From the human T2T-CHM13v2.0 reference genome, Homo sapiens: DNA of 64,000 nucleotides. The position numbers were made by a program, and so were the translations under genes. Position 1 is the first letter of the stretch. Each line of letters begins with the position of its first letter. Location: assembly GCF_009914755.1 (NCBI RefSeq), contig NC_060925.1; one strand, given 5' to 3'. Shown in pieces: positions 13,779 to 30,093 of this stretch. The notes beneath the pieces were generated by a model, which was given only the letters and a program-made list of their open reading frames with translations, was not told the DNA's origin and ran no database searches.

Positions 13779-14444
13779 GGAATAATGCTTAATTACACTC
13801 CAATATTATGTGATGTTAGTTAAAGTGCTATTATGGAGAAAACACAGTGATCATTGCTTCCCTTTCATTCTTTATCTTTAGAAAGAAATTATAGTGATTT
13901 TTTATGTCATATTTTTATTTTATGTAACGTTACTTTCTTCTAAAGATTAATATTTGAAAGACTTTATTTCCTCATCTTGATATAAACATTATGAAAATTC
14001 CTTTCTCAAATGTCTTTTAAGAAACTCTAACAACTGCATTGCTACATCTCTAATCAGTCAAAATTGATGTATATACAGACATCAACTGGAAACTAAATTT
14101 ATGTTCATATACTTACTAATTACTGTTGGATATTCATGCCTTCATGCCATGCAAATAAAGCTTAAAATGCAAATTTTTAAACATAAATTATGCTAAAACA
14201 TTCACAATGGATTGTATAATTTGAGAATTGAATCTACAAATGTGTTAAGTAATTTCAAGAAACAAAAAATAAAGTTGAAAAGTTTCATGGACTTAGGAAA
14301 TAGCAACATTTTTAAACAAGTAAGTAAACATTTCTAAATATACATATGTGTATGTGCATGTGTGACTATAACCTAAGAGAGCCACTGCCACATTGTTTAC
14401 AAAATTGAAAAGAAAGAATAAACTTATTACATTAAAAATAGTCC

Positions 14445-14890
14445 GAGGAAGACTTCTGCTTCCATCTTAAAGGAACTACTTTCCTTCTGTAAATAACTAG
14501 AAAACTAGACAAAATATGAGAAACAGTGGTTTCCAGGCTACAGATAACAGGTATTATAAAACTGTGATTCCTAAAATAAGTGAAACAACAGGTCAGCCTT
14601 ACAGTTGTCCCAGTTTTGTGGCTTGGAGGTGGTTATCATGTCACAGCCGGGGAAAAAATTAAAAACAGAACCTTGTGCTCTCAAATGGAGAAGACCTATA
14701 TCAGAGTTCAGGAAGGTTCAGATGGCTATATTCTGCAGTACAGATTATCAGAGAGGAGGAAGCTACACAAGAGAGAGAGTGCTTTGGAAATCTGCAGAGG
14801 TGTCCTCTCAAGTCTTTTGGCGGAGTGATTGTACTAATGTGTACAGACACTAGAAGTTGTCCACAATTGGTGAAAGAACCATCAGATAGT
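14445..14890 (+). mobile_element. Old L1M 5'-region fragment
   Basis: gacttctgcttcc...aaataactagaaaactagacaaaatat motif. Confidence 0.55.
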
Positions 14891-15239
14891 GGGCTGATAA
14901 ACACAGATGCAAAAATACTCAACAATGTACTAGCAAACTGAATTCAAAGGCACATGAAATAATCATTCACTGTGATCAATGGGATTTATTCTTGCAATGT
15001 AAGGAAAGTGACATTTGCAAATGAGTAAGTGTGATACTTCACCTTAACAGAATGAAGGACAAAAACCATATGGTCATCTCAATAGATGCAGAAAAAAAAT
15101 TTGAGAAAATTGAACATCCTTTCATATAAAAATTCTTTAAAAATTTGATGTAGAAGGAAAGTACCACAACACAATACAGGCCATATATGGTAAACACACA
15201 GCTAACATCATGCTCAACAATAAACAGACGCACAATCTA

Positions 15240-17905
<2,666 letters not shown>

Positions 17906-18004
17906 AAAAAAAAATCCAAGTTGGAAAGAAGTTAAATTGTCCCTGTTTGCAGACAACATAATTGCATATGTAGAAAACCCTAATGACTCCACCAAAAATT
18001 GTTA

Positions 18005-18044
18005 TTAATGGAAAAATAATGCAATTACTTTTGCATCATGCTAA
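18005..18044. mobile_element. Half of a MADE1 (Hsmar1-derived MITE)
   Basis: ttaatggaaaaataatgcaattacttttgcatcatgctaa resembles one MADE1 TIR arm. Confidence 0.75.
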
Positions 18045-18062
18045 TGGAACTGGTAAATTAAT

Positions 18063-18938
18063 TGTAGTAAATTCTTATAACTTTTGTTGCCTCAGCATTC
18101 ATTTTGAATATAAATGGACTTTCTAATATCAGAAGCAGGGCTTAGTCATCCTTAACACAGTTTCCACTTCTATACTTCCTCTCAGTTACCCAATTTACCA
18201 TCAATATGCTCTATTCACATATCTTCCTTATACCACCCCCTCCTGGAGACCATCTCCCTATGGCAAAGCTGGATACAACCTGCTTGACTTGCCCTACATC
18301 CAGCATGGACTAAACAGAGAAGCCACAGTGGCAACTCCTCAGTCACAGCATGTCTCGGCAAAGCTCATGCCTGCTTACTTTAAAGCCACTGATTAGGCCT
18401 CTCCATGAGAAACCTGTTGGGATAATGCCATGTGACCCAATAAAGTCACTGGCCCTCAGGTCCCTTGCTTTCTCTCTAATTCCCCACTTCCTAGGTGAAT
18501 GTGTGTGTCCTGAACAGCTCTATCTTTCCCATTGATTTTGCAAGGCATCCTGCCCTCTTCATTCTGGGACCTGTAAGTAATACGATGCTTGTTATTTCAT
18601 GTGTTTTTGTTTTGTCTGACCAACACACCTAAATATAACTCACCTCCTGGTAAGGGTTCTCCTAGAGAGTGATTATCTTGTTAGAAATAAACTGAACAAA
18701 GGTCAGACAAGAGCCAAAGCTGTCTGTCAGCATAAATAAGATTCCTATGAGAGGAACACCTGGTCACAGCTTGAACACATAGGCATTAGGCTGTCCACCA
18801 AAATAAAGAAGGATCTTATGAAAGACACACTATAACATCCAAAAACATCACCCCTGGAAGCCCATCAGGGAAGAATCAGCATTTATAGCCACTCTCCGAA
18901 GAGAGTCCTCAAGATGAAATTAGACGAAAATCACAACA
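18063..18938 (+). mobile_element. Solo ERVL-class LTR (MER54-like)
   Basis: TG...CA termini, 5-bp TSD ttaat/tgaat, start tgtagtaaattcttataa..gttgcctc. Confidence 0.75.
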
Positions 18939-19740
18939 TGAATTCAGGAAGATGCAGCATACAAATCAACCTACAAAAATCAGTAGCTTTTTAAATACAC
19001 TAATAACGAACTACCTTAAAAAATCACGAAAAAATTTCATTCATAATCGCTACAAAAATTACTTAGGAATATATTTAACAAAAGAGATTAAAGACCTGTA
19101 TGCTCAAAACTATAAAACATTGATGAAAAAAATTAAAGACACAAATAATAAAAAGGTATCTTCTGTTAATAGATTAAAAAATTAATATTGTGAAAAAGTC
19201 CTTACTACTCAAAGTGATTACAGATTCAGTGCAATTCTTATAAAATGGCCAATGGCATTTTTCACATAAATAGAAGTAGCAATCTTAAATATTGTGTGGA
19301 ACCACAAAAGACCCTGAATAGTCAAATAAATCTTGAATAAAACAAACAAAGCTAGAAACATTACACTGCTTAATTTCAAAAACTACCTCAAAGCTATAGC
19401 AATCAAAACAGCATGGTATTAGCCTAAAAATAGACACATAGACCAATGGAACAGACTAGACAGCCCAGAAGTAAGCCCATGAATATATGGCTAATTGATT
19501 GTCAACAAAGGTACCAAAATATACAATAAGGTAAGTATGATCTCTTCAATAGATGGCACTGTGAAAACTGGATAATCACATGCAGGAGAGAAATTAGACT
19601 ATTTTCTCACACCATATATAAAATGAATTAAAGACTTAAACATAAGTTCTGAAGCTATAAAACTACTAGATAAAACCATAAAGGACATGGTTTGGACAAA
19701 GGATTGTTGGATATGATAACAAAAGCATAGGCAACACAAG

Positions 19741-20129
19741 CCCAGAATGTGAATGATCCCTTTGATTAGTGCAGCCACTGCTGTATACGCTATCCACCCT
19801 TAGTCATTAGCTGTCTTGGTTATCAGATCTATTGTTGCAGTATCTCAGTGGCATGTTCAATTACCATTAGGTAAAATTTTACATTAAGTAAAATATATAA
19901 ATGGCCATAAAGCAAAAAAGAGGTGATGATGGCATATGGTTATAATTGTTCTATTTTATTATTAATTATTGTTCATCTCTTACTATGCTTAATTTATAAA
20001 TTAGACTTTATTATAGGTAATTATATGTACGAAAAACATAGTATATATAGGGTTTGGTACATTCCATGGTTTCAGGTATCTTCTGTAGGTCTTCGAACAT
20101 CTTCCCTGAAGACAAGCAGGGGACTACTG
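19741..20129 (+). mobile_element. MER2 (TcMar-Tigger) non-autonomous DNA transposon, partial
   Basis: Ends ...ggggactactg followed by TA. Confidence 0.8.
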
Positions 20130-20374
20130 TATTCTCTAAAGTTTTCTGAAGCTCAAGTCACTTTTGTGCTTCCTTCCCAGGAAATAGTCCCATAGCAGTG
20201 CAGAGCTGTTAGTTTTAGAGGCATGTTAATAATTCCAAGAGCTTGAAAGGCAGAGGTGTGGCCCTTGGTCAATTCAACACTTTAATCTTGAATATGTGTT
20301 TTGTACCAGTTTAATGACCACAAGTTGGAACAGCTTCCCAATTTCAGTGAAAGAAATGTCCCAGAGCTTTTTTT

Positions 20375-20760
20375 ACTCATTTATTTGATTAATAAACCAC
20401 TCATTTATAAACTATTTCTTAGCAAACTCTGTGTGTTGGTATTTCGGACTTAAATACATAGTACTAATCTTGGAAAAATATATATTCCAGGAGAGACCAT
20501 AAATATGGAATGAATAAGTACTATAGAATCTTGTAGACCCCACCATAAGAACATATGTGATGACATTTGACGGTGACTGACACCTGTACAGGCATACAGG
20601 CATGAGGGAGGCAGGGTCAGATGAGTCAGGACCTCATGTATATGATGTTGAGCTTTATTCTTTTAGTTATCAAGGGGTTTTAATAAGGAAATGAAATTAT
20701 CCAAAGTTCATTAAATAAAAAGAAACAAACCAAAAAACATTGTCTAACAGTAGTATAGAG
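20375..20760 (-). mobile_element. L2 fragment
   Basis: tcatttatttga..atttat; gagctttattct..ggggttttaa motifs. Confidence 0.5.
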
Positions 20761-21993
20761 AATATATTCTTGATGATAAGTTTTAATAAAGACAGATCTT
20801 TCAGAAAATTATAGCAATGGTGCAAAAAAAAGGGAAAATGAGGAACTAAATTTAGCAAAATGGCAATAGAATTTTTTTTTAAATAGGCCAGGTTGGAAGG
20901 ATATTAGTGTGGTAAAACTTATATGTCCCCATGACCCATTCAGTTGGAAATGATATTTTAAAAAAGAGCTTTGAAGATGACTTTCAGGCTTCTCTGACTT
21001 TCCTGGTATTACCATGGAGAAGGATAGGATTAATTAGATTTGTCAAGGAAAAAAGATTGTCTTTCACATTCTGAATGTGTCTTAAACATTGAATTTTTAA
21101 TATTCATTGGCCTGTGAAAATCCAAATGCAAGTTTTTCCCGAATCAGGCTAAAACCCTGAAATCAATAAAAACCCTTCAGGGTTATGTTAGATAAGAAAG
21201 TATGTAAATGTTTTAAAAACTCTAAGTGGATACTCACATAGTTTTTTTTTTTTTTTAATTATAGCTAAACTCAGAAGAGTGACTGCTTTAACATTTATAT
21301 GTGACATATACAAAAGAGAAATTTATCTTTGTGCATAGTGATATTTTATCAGGAAATAATTTCACTTACTCTAGCAGAAACTAAGTAAACATTATGCTGG
21401 GCATTTATACTCATACTTTGCCTCAGAAGCACAATAATATTTGAAAAATAATACAATATAATGAAGAAAATATATAAATCTTCTGATAAAACTAAACAAA
21501 CTCTAGAAGTCACATATAGCATAACACTAATTTTAGGTCTTTCTCTGTTGTGAATGACATACAAAAATAATGTATCCTTTTCCAAAATTTATTCCAGATA
21601 ACATGTCATATATTTTTCAATAAATAAATAAATCTTTCAGAAAGTTCTTAGAATAAACAACTATTCTATTTTTCAGTAAAAGTTTTCAGGAATAGTAAAA
21701 TTAATTTGATGAAGGCAGTGTAATAGTAGAGTTATGTTAATGTAGACATGTATGTGGATATGAATGGTTTTAGTTCTTACTATGTTTTTAAAGCAGATAA
21801 TACGGGCCAAAAAAAAATCTGTTTGTAATCGATGCCTTTGTCTATACTTATGAAATCACTGAATGACTGGAAAATCTCTACCACAATTTGGTACTCTTGT
21901 CACTTTTGTACATTAATGTTATCCATGCCTTAATACTATCCAGACCATTATACCCTTTGTATTGTATCCAGAATCAGAGAGGCAGCTACAATA

Positions 21994-21995
<2 letters not shown>

Positions 21996-22032
<37 letters not shown>
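21996..22032. repeat. (TG)n microsatellite
   Basis: Direct reading. Confidence 0.95.
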
Positions 22033-22034
<2 letters not shown>

Positions 22035-22337
22035 CATGCCCATAGGGAAGATAAGGGTAAAATGGAAAAATATAGGGTGTGTCAGCCAGTGGTTGTAACA
22101 ATTTATATATATATTCAGGCTCTATTATTTTTAATCAACAATATTCTTAATGTCCACTTTGAAGAGCATAGTATTTGCTTGATAAGTTTAACTGAATGAA
22201 TAGATTAAGTTTACTCAGGTAGGCCCCAAGCTTTGATTATAATTACTTGAGCAAACTTGTACAAGTTACAAACCATAGCTCAGTTTCCTCATCTGTAAAA
22301 AATATTAGTATTAAAATAAATAATAAAACCTAAATTG

Positions 22338-22500
22338 ACTGGGCATGATGGTGCACACCTGTAGTCCCAGCTATTTGGGAGGCTGAGGTAGGATTGCTTG
22401 ATCCCAGGGATTCAAGTCTGTTCTGTGCCATGATCACACCTGTGAATAGCTACTGTACTTCAGCCTGAGCAACATAGTAAGACTCTGTCTCTAAAAAAAT
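22338..22500 (+). mobile_element. FAM inserted in a MIR (MIR ~22230-22560)
   Basis: catgatcacacctgtgaatagctactgtac; flanking ctcagtttcctcatctgtaaaa MIR core. Confidence 0.8.
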
Positions 22501-24959
22501 AAGTAAATGACTCAGCTACAGCTAGCATATAAGCCCTCAGTCTATGTTAGCTATTATCATATTTAATACTATTATTAAAAATATTATTGAGGAACATGAA
22601 GTTTATCAGCCTTTATTATCTTTCATCTCTGGAGTGTTAGCTGAGAATAATTAATGATTCAGGTTTGTTCCCAAGAGATGCTTTTCCTCTTCTTGGTAGA
22701 TTTACAAGTGGTTTAAATCAAAGTCATACTCCAGCTTCATTTTTCTTCTAGTAAAATTTAAAATCCTCTTGTTCTGATGAAATATTTCATGTTAAAGCGA
22801 TATCTTATATTTCAGCTAAATAGTTCTCTAAATGTTAAAATGTTAGAGGTGATTTGTTCATATTTTCTTGGGTTTGTATGTCTATAACTGAAGTTAATTT
22901 AACTTCATGTTCCATTGGAGGATGTTTTAAGTTTGCAAAAAACCTAAAATTGCAAGGTTCAGTAAAAGTCAGTGTTTTAAACAGGAAAACATTCTGTGAT
23001 TAACTTGTACTTTCCTTTCTTTATGTTTCTGTTATTTGTCAAGACTTTACTTAATTTCTAACAATAATTATAAAATTAATTGTAATGGTCACAACAATAA
23101 TAATAAAAATAGCAAGAACCATGCTAGCAATGTGTTATTTTTAGCTACCTAGGCCTCCAAAATCTAGAAATGCTTATGTTTAATTTCCTAATCCTAGAGC
23201 CTGAGTAATCCAAATATGTCCTCGAGATTATTCTTATTTCCTGATACTGTGTTTCCTGTGGCCCCCTTTAATTCTGTGCCTATATGTGTCTTTGGTTCAC
23301 CTATAGATTGAGATATGAAACTCAGCTCTTTATTGGCTTCCACCAAAACACACACAGAAAGCAATGAAGCAAAAAACTAACCACAACTAAGGAATAAATG
23401 TTTTTAACAGGTAAAATAATAACTCTCATAAAATTACAAACTGAATACTTTCCAAATATTTTATTTAATTTAGTAATTAATGAGAGAACCAGAAATATGT
23501 TACAACAGGTTCAAAAGTAAATTCATAGAACCACATATAGATAGAAAATTAAGAAATGTTGAAATCAATTTACAAATAGGTGTAAAATGGGAGTATCCAC
23601 CGGCAAAAACCATTTGTATTTCATGGAACATAATGAATTTGCACTTCTGTGAACAAGAATCATTTGCACTAATAATCAAGTTTCCACATTTTACAAGTTT
23701 TAAAAATACCTCAAAGACAATGAAAGGCTTAGATAACTAGGAATGATGTGCTGGTTAAGACACCATAATCTTTTTAGATAATTTCAGTCTTTTATAGTTT
23801 GTCCTTAAAGTATCTTCCTTCCCTCTTTTGATCATAAATCTCAAATATAACTCTTGAGCCCCCAAAGTTTCAATACTAGGGACATAACATTCATTTTAGT
23901 CCATAAGTTTTCACAAGGAATATATTATTGAACTTTTAAAAGCCATATTTGATATCTCCAGGCTAGAAAACCAAGTTGAAGAACTACTCTGTAACATTTC
24001 ATCTGCAATACATATAAATTTATATGTGTTCTTCTCTTTTAGAAGCCCGCTCCCACAAATCTGTCACAGTTCCAGGATTTCCAGGAGTTACTTTCTTGAC
24101 TACCCGTAGTCTGGGACTCAATACACCTGCACTAGATTCATTTTCATGGCAGAATTTTGTAGACATTAGATCCCTTATTTAAGTAGTCTTACATCATTAA
24201 AAGTATCTTGGTCATATCTGAGTCAATGTAAATTATCCTCAAATATGAAATTCCAGCTAAAACCTTGGTTGCCCAATCAACTTGTCCAATTATATCCTGG
24301 CAAATATAAGAACAGATTCTCAAAAAGACTTAAAAATCTTTGAAATAAATAAATATATTGTCATTTAGAGAAAGTAAAGAGATTTAGAGTCAGAACCAGC
24401 AGTGGTTAGTGAGAACGTGACCGTATCTAAAAATATTTCACTTCATTTTACAAACACAGAATTCAGTAACTTGTGAGTTGATAGATTGAGAAAAACAATT
24501 TCTTTGTGTAACTAGAAAACAAAATTAACATGAATCACTTGTATTTCAAACACAATAAAGTTTTCCTCATTGGTTCCTTCAGTTCTATGTATTTAATTCT
24601 TGTTCTGCTGGATTTGGGGTAAATAGTCTTATGAAGTCATCTGCTTTTCAACTAACAATCCTGGAAATTCAGACTCAGTTTATAGCCTGAATGTTTTCTA
24701 CACACTATCAGCTCTGAAACCACAATTTTAATAAGCGGAAAATATTAATACAATGTATAGTTTATTTGAAGCTATATACTTTATCTACCATGAATATCAA
24801 GTAAAGAGATACAGTAAGTCTTGAGTATGACTTAGATATCTGAATTTTTATAAAACTCCATGGGTAAGTATCATGTGCATCATTAATTAGGACCTAGTTG
24901 CCTACAAACATCTCTATTTCATTTTTTAAATTAAAGTTTTGAACAATTATTTAAATAAT

Positions 24960-25324
24960 TAATATGGTTTGGCTCTGTGTCCCCACCCAAATCTCATCTT
25001 GTAGCTCCCATAATTCCCACGTGTTGTGGGAGGGACCGGGTGGGAGATAACTGAGTCATGGGGACAGGTCTTGTGCTATTCTCATGATAGTGAATAAGTC
25101 TCATGAGATCTGATGGTTTTAAAAACAGAATTTCCCTGCACAATCTTGCTCTCTTTGCCTGCTGCCATCAACATAAAATGCGATTTATTCCTCCTTGCCT
25201 TCTACCATGATCGTGAAGCCTCTCCAGCCACGTGAAACTGCAAATCTATTAAACTTCTCTTTCGTTTGTAAATTGTCAAGTCTCGGGTATGTCTTTATCT
25301 GCAGCATGAAAACAGACTAATACA
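24960..25324 (+). mobile_element. THE1 (THE1A/C-like) solo LTR
   Basis: taatatggtttggctctgtgtccccacc...gactaataca; perfect TSD ATAAT. Confidence 0.93.
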
Positions 25325-26203
25325 ATAATAAATTACGATTAGTAAGTCTTTTGCTTTGTCTAATAGCAAACAATCATTGAAACTCTGAAAAATATAGAAA
25401 AACTCAACAGAAATATTTTATAAAAATTTTGATCACTGCTTCCCTCAGGCTAAAGCACATTATGATGAGTTTGTGGGCTGGAGGGGGGAGTGGATTAAGA
25501 CTTCCTATAAAATGTGCTTCTTGGTGGTATTACATCATTTTTTTTTGAGGGGAAAGAACAAATACTTGTGATTTTCCAGGGTTCTACGGAGGAAATTTTA
25601 AGTTTCATCTGTAAATGATATTGTGAATTTTCAAATATATTTTCCCCCACATTTCAAATTCAATTTAGAGAGGCAAAATTAAAGTCATTTGACAAAAATT
25701 AAACATTTGATTAAAATAAGATTATGAGTGCATAAGAAGCAATAATTGATTACCCTTAAAAAGGCTTAAAAAAAAGTAAACAGAGAGGTTAAAACAGTTA
25801 TAAAGAAACTTAGTTCTTTTATTAAGGAGGATCACATTTTTTATTCTTAAATAATCAAGCATATAATAAAATCAATATAATAAATAAAACTTATTCTAGT
25901 AAAACACAAAATCTGTTATCTAGGTAGATTATACAGGTTTAAAAAGTTTCTTTCAAATTCTAGCTAAAGACATTAATTGGTAAACTAAGGAAAGAAGCCC
26001 ATATAATTTTATCAAACTTTGCTAAGATTTTAACATACTGCATAACTTACTTTCAGACTCTTGTAAACTAAGGCAGACAGATTCACTTTCCATATTTTGT
26101 CCTTCATTATATTCTTTTATAGTCCAGAACAAACTGCCACTTTTTTTTTTTTTTAGATTACAGGAGGTCTTTGTGGTCAAAACTAATTTTATACTCGAAC
26201 TTA

Positions 26204-26888
26204 TGTTAGTTGTGGAAGAGATCTGAATTACCCTCAGTTACTAGAGGCATATCCATATGGGTCTGTAGCAACTTCAGTTCTTGCCTCTTCAGAAGAAAGA
26301 ATTTGAGGAAAATAAAACAGGAAAAGAGACCAAGGCAAGTTTCAGAGCAGGAGCAGAAGTTTATTTAAAAAGGCTTAAGAATAGGAAAGAAAGGAAAGAA
26401 CCGTTGGAAGGTATTCAAGTGGGTGACTGAAGGTCAAAGAGAGAAAAATAAGGGCCTTTAACCTTGATCCTGGGACTTTATCACTCACCTCTTTCCCACG
26501 ATTCTTCCCTGAGGGTGGGTTTTCTGCATGTGCAGTGCCCTCCTCACCCTTTGGAATTGAGCAAGTGCAGCGTGTTTAGGGATTTATATGCATGTGCATC
26601 TGAGGCTTCCTTCCTTTTTCCAGTGGAGTGTACCTAGAAGATCATACTTCACCAATTTCGTCTCTTAACGTGCATGCCCAGGAAGTTGCTTCTCTTTGGG
26701 ATACTGCTTTAATTAAAACTTTAATATAACAGATGTAGGCCATCAAGAGCTGTCGTCTCCCAGGTGCTGACTGCCAATTTATCACTTTTAGAGAAGCAAT
26801 GTGGTAATTGCCAAACCGTCACCCAACATTTCTCGTGTGTGGGGAGAGAGCCCTCTCTTGCTCCACTCATGCCTGTCTACCCATAACA
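26204..26888 (-). mobile_element. MER50-like ERV1 solo LTR
   Basis: gggtctgtagcaac..ttcttgcctc.tcagaagaaagaattt motif; terminus ccataaca. Confidence 0.8.
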
Positions 26889-29800
26889 TTGAAGTGTTAT
26901 TTCTGCTATCATGTGATGTGTTCATTACTGTTACCTTAAAATGAACCAATAAACGTTTTAAGATTTCTTATTTCTATTTTCAACATAATAAACATAAACA
27001 CTTATAGCCCACACATTTTAAAGCTCCTAAAATACTCAACAAATTTTAAGAGTGTAAAAGAGTCAAGCTACAATAAATTTGCAAATAGATGCAAAATGGG
27101 CTTATCTGCACGGCAATAGTTAATTCAGTTTTACTGATAAAATTATTCATATTTCTATGGGAAAGAATCATTTGCAATGTTATCAGTGCCTACACTTACG
27201 GAGTTGTGAAATATCTCAAAAATAATGAAAGAATGAGATAGCCTGGAAGAGTGACTTAGAGAAAACTGTCATGATCTTTTCGGTCAGTTTAAAGTCTTTC
27301 ACAATTTTAATTTTCCTACACCTCCAATGTATCATTGGGCAGAGTACCTATTTCTAATGAAACAGTTATGGATAATGATAACGTTTCCTATTATAAACCA
27401 ACAAGATAAAAATAAATGGGATATATAATTACAAAACCTAAAATAATCTCATAAAATTTCCCGTGTTTGAAGGTTCACTTCAACCTCTGAACATATGAGG
27501 AATCATGGACTTTTCCCCATGGCATGCTAAGGCTAAAATCTTCTCTAGCTCTTTCTTCTCTTCTACTTCTTGTTTTCCACTCTCATAATGTTATGAAAAT
27601 TGAAAAAAAAAACAGATATTTAGGAGAGTAGGCATTTTAAAATGTTAGAGAGAAAACATTTACTTAGTTTGTCAAGTAACGTTTTTGTTAACTAAAATAG
27701 AAATAAAAGTTATGAGGGGATCTCACCTAGTTTGAAAATCATTTTTGTTAAAAGATACAAGGTCTATATAAACTGTGTGCATTTTGTTCATACATATATC
27801 TAGTAAAATATTTAAAATTGAGTCAAAATAGCATTAACTGATAAATATCAAACTTCTTTTTAATTAGAAAAAAGATTCATCTGTACATTAGCAATGTCTA
27901 TAAAGTAGGAACAAATAAAATAGATTGAAGATATTAAGTTACATAAAAATAAGAAATATAAAATTTAATGCATTTTTATGACTGTTTAAAAATGAAACTT
28001 AGCTGTTTCCATGGACATCTTGTAAAGAAATAATAAATATAATAAAATTTCAATAATTTGATCTAGTAGCTATGGTACATTTTCTTTAAAATACAAATCT
28101 GCTGCTATTCCAATCAAATTTTGGGCACAAAGTCACATCACAATGTCACTGCTGAATTTAGAGATCCTCTAAGGCTAACATGTCAGAAGAACTAAAAAGG
28201 CAGTGTGTAGATGGTATGATTTAATGCCCTTTGCCAGTGGGAATTACTGGAGCTCAAAGTAATAATATCTTCCACATTAATGTGCAGTGAAGTGAAGGCT
28301 GCATTAATCTTCATAGAAAGTTCAATTCTTTTGAGAGGATAAGAAGATAATATCAACTACATTAATACAAGAAAATGATTATAATTAGGCATCATTAGAA
28401 TATTATATTTTATATAGGTTTAATATAGTATGTTTTCCATTTTCACTATTTTACACTGTTGGAAGATAAAAATATTGATTGGCTATCAGTTTCACATTTA
28501 ATTTTTTAATGAAATTATCCGTTTTTGCAACCCAGAACACAAATATATGTTTATAAGTTTACTGTTATATTTTATTGGCAATTGTTTTTTAAAGTAATTT
28601 ATTGGCTACTTTAGTCGGTTTAATTGATTTGATATTAAATGAGTAGAAAGATAAGAATTAATACTTTACATTTTAAAATTGTTTTTATGCATTCTAAATT
28701 ATAATTTAAATTTTAATGTAAATGATTCATAGTTACAAGTAATGGCTTCTTCCTGGAAGTATCTCTATTTCTTGGAGAAAGATATCAAGTCAAAGCTTAC
28801 CATTTTAAAATGCATAATAAAAAAGAAACAGACTCAAAAATACATACTCCATGATATCCTTCTGCTAAGCCCTTAAAATAACTAATCTGTGTTCCCAGGT
28901 TTAAATCCTAGAGACAAAGAAAAAATTTGCCTCTGTGGTCAGTGAATTTGTTAAAGGTGTCTACACTTAACCTCCTTATCTTTAGAGACGCTAATAATTG
29001 GAATGTTTCCTTATGAAAGAAGGTTTGTAAGTAATTCATTTCTACTTAGCAAGTTATAGAATAACCCTTTCTCAAAACTATACTAGTTTATTGAAACAGG
29101 ATTCTTTTCTATCTCAAAATCAAATATGAGAAATTTTGACTAGAACCATAATATTAAAACCAAATATTTAGTTATCGTCCTGAGAAAATCTTATAAATCT
29201 TTTTATCTTCTAAACCTATTATTTTTAGGTTGAGACAAATTAGAATCAGCAAAACTATCTTTTATACTTTATAAAGTAAAATAGACTTATTAAGTGCATA
29301 ATGTTTAGAATATATAAACATACATAATATCCCAAATAATATTAAAAGGCAAAAATGATAACTAATACCCATGACACTATGAAGAAACTGCATCAATAAA
29401 TGTGCAAAATAACCAGCTAGTTGACAGGATCAAATTCATGCATAACAATATTAACCTTCAATGTAAATATCCTGAATACCCCAATTAAAAGACACAGACG
29501 GGCAAATTGGATAAACAGTCTGCTTCTGATAAAACAGACTTTAAACCAACAAAGATCAAAAAAGACAAAGAAAGATATTAAATAATGGTAAAGGGATCAA
29601 TGCAACAAGAAGAGGTAACTATCCTAAATATATATGCACCCAATACAGGAGCACCCAGTTTCATAAAGCAAGCTCTTAGAGACCTACAAAGAGACTTAGA
29701 CTACTACACTATAGTAGTGGGAGACTTTAGCACCCCACTGTCAATATTAGACATATCAATGAGACAGAAATTTAACAAGGATATTCAGGACTTGAACTCA

Positions 29801-30022
29801 GCTCTGGACCAAGAGGGCTTAATAGGCATCTACAGAACTCTCCACCCCAAATCAATAGAATATACACTCTTTTCAGCACCACATAGCACTTATTCTAAAA
29901 TCTACCACATAGTCGGAAGGAAAACATACCTCAGCCAATGCAAAAGAACGGAAATCATAACCAACAGTCTCTCAGACCACAGTGCAATCAAATTAGAACT
30001 CAGGATTAAGAAACTCACTCAA

Positions 30023-30093
30023 CGCCACTGAACTCCAGCCTGGCAACAGAGCAAGATACCATCTAAAAAATAAAATAAAATAAAATAAAAAGA
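30023..30093 (+). mobile_element. Extremely 5'-truncated Alu (~42 bp + tail) inside the L1
   Basis: cgccactgaactccagcctggcaacagagcaaga + A tail; 15-bp TSD 30008-30022 / 30094-30108. Confidence 0.88.

Larger units (their letters stand above)
24013..28907 (-). pseudogene. Pseudo-exon cluster: 28907-28848, ~28800-28738, 28356-28180, 27590-27433, 27387-~27280, 26934-26051 (split by LTR), 25608-25534, 24713-~24560, 24296-~24013
   Basis: Minus-strand splice sites (some mutated). Peptides: DLNLGTQISYFKGLAEGYHG, LDIFLQEIE, EPSNTGNFMRLF, RKIKIVKDF, KADDFIRLFTPNPAEQELN, YDQDTFNDV. Confidence 0.55.
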
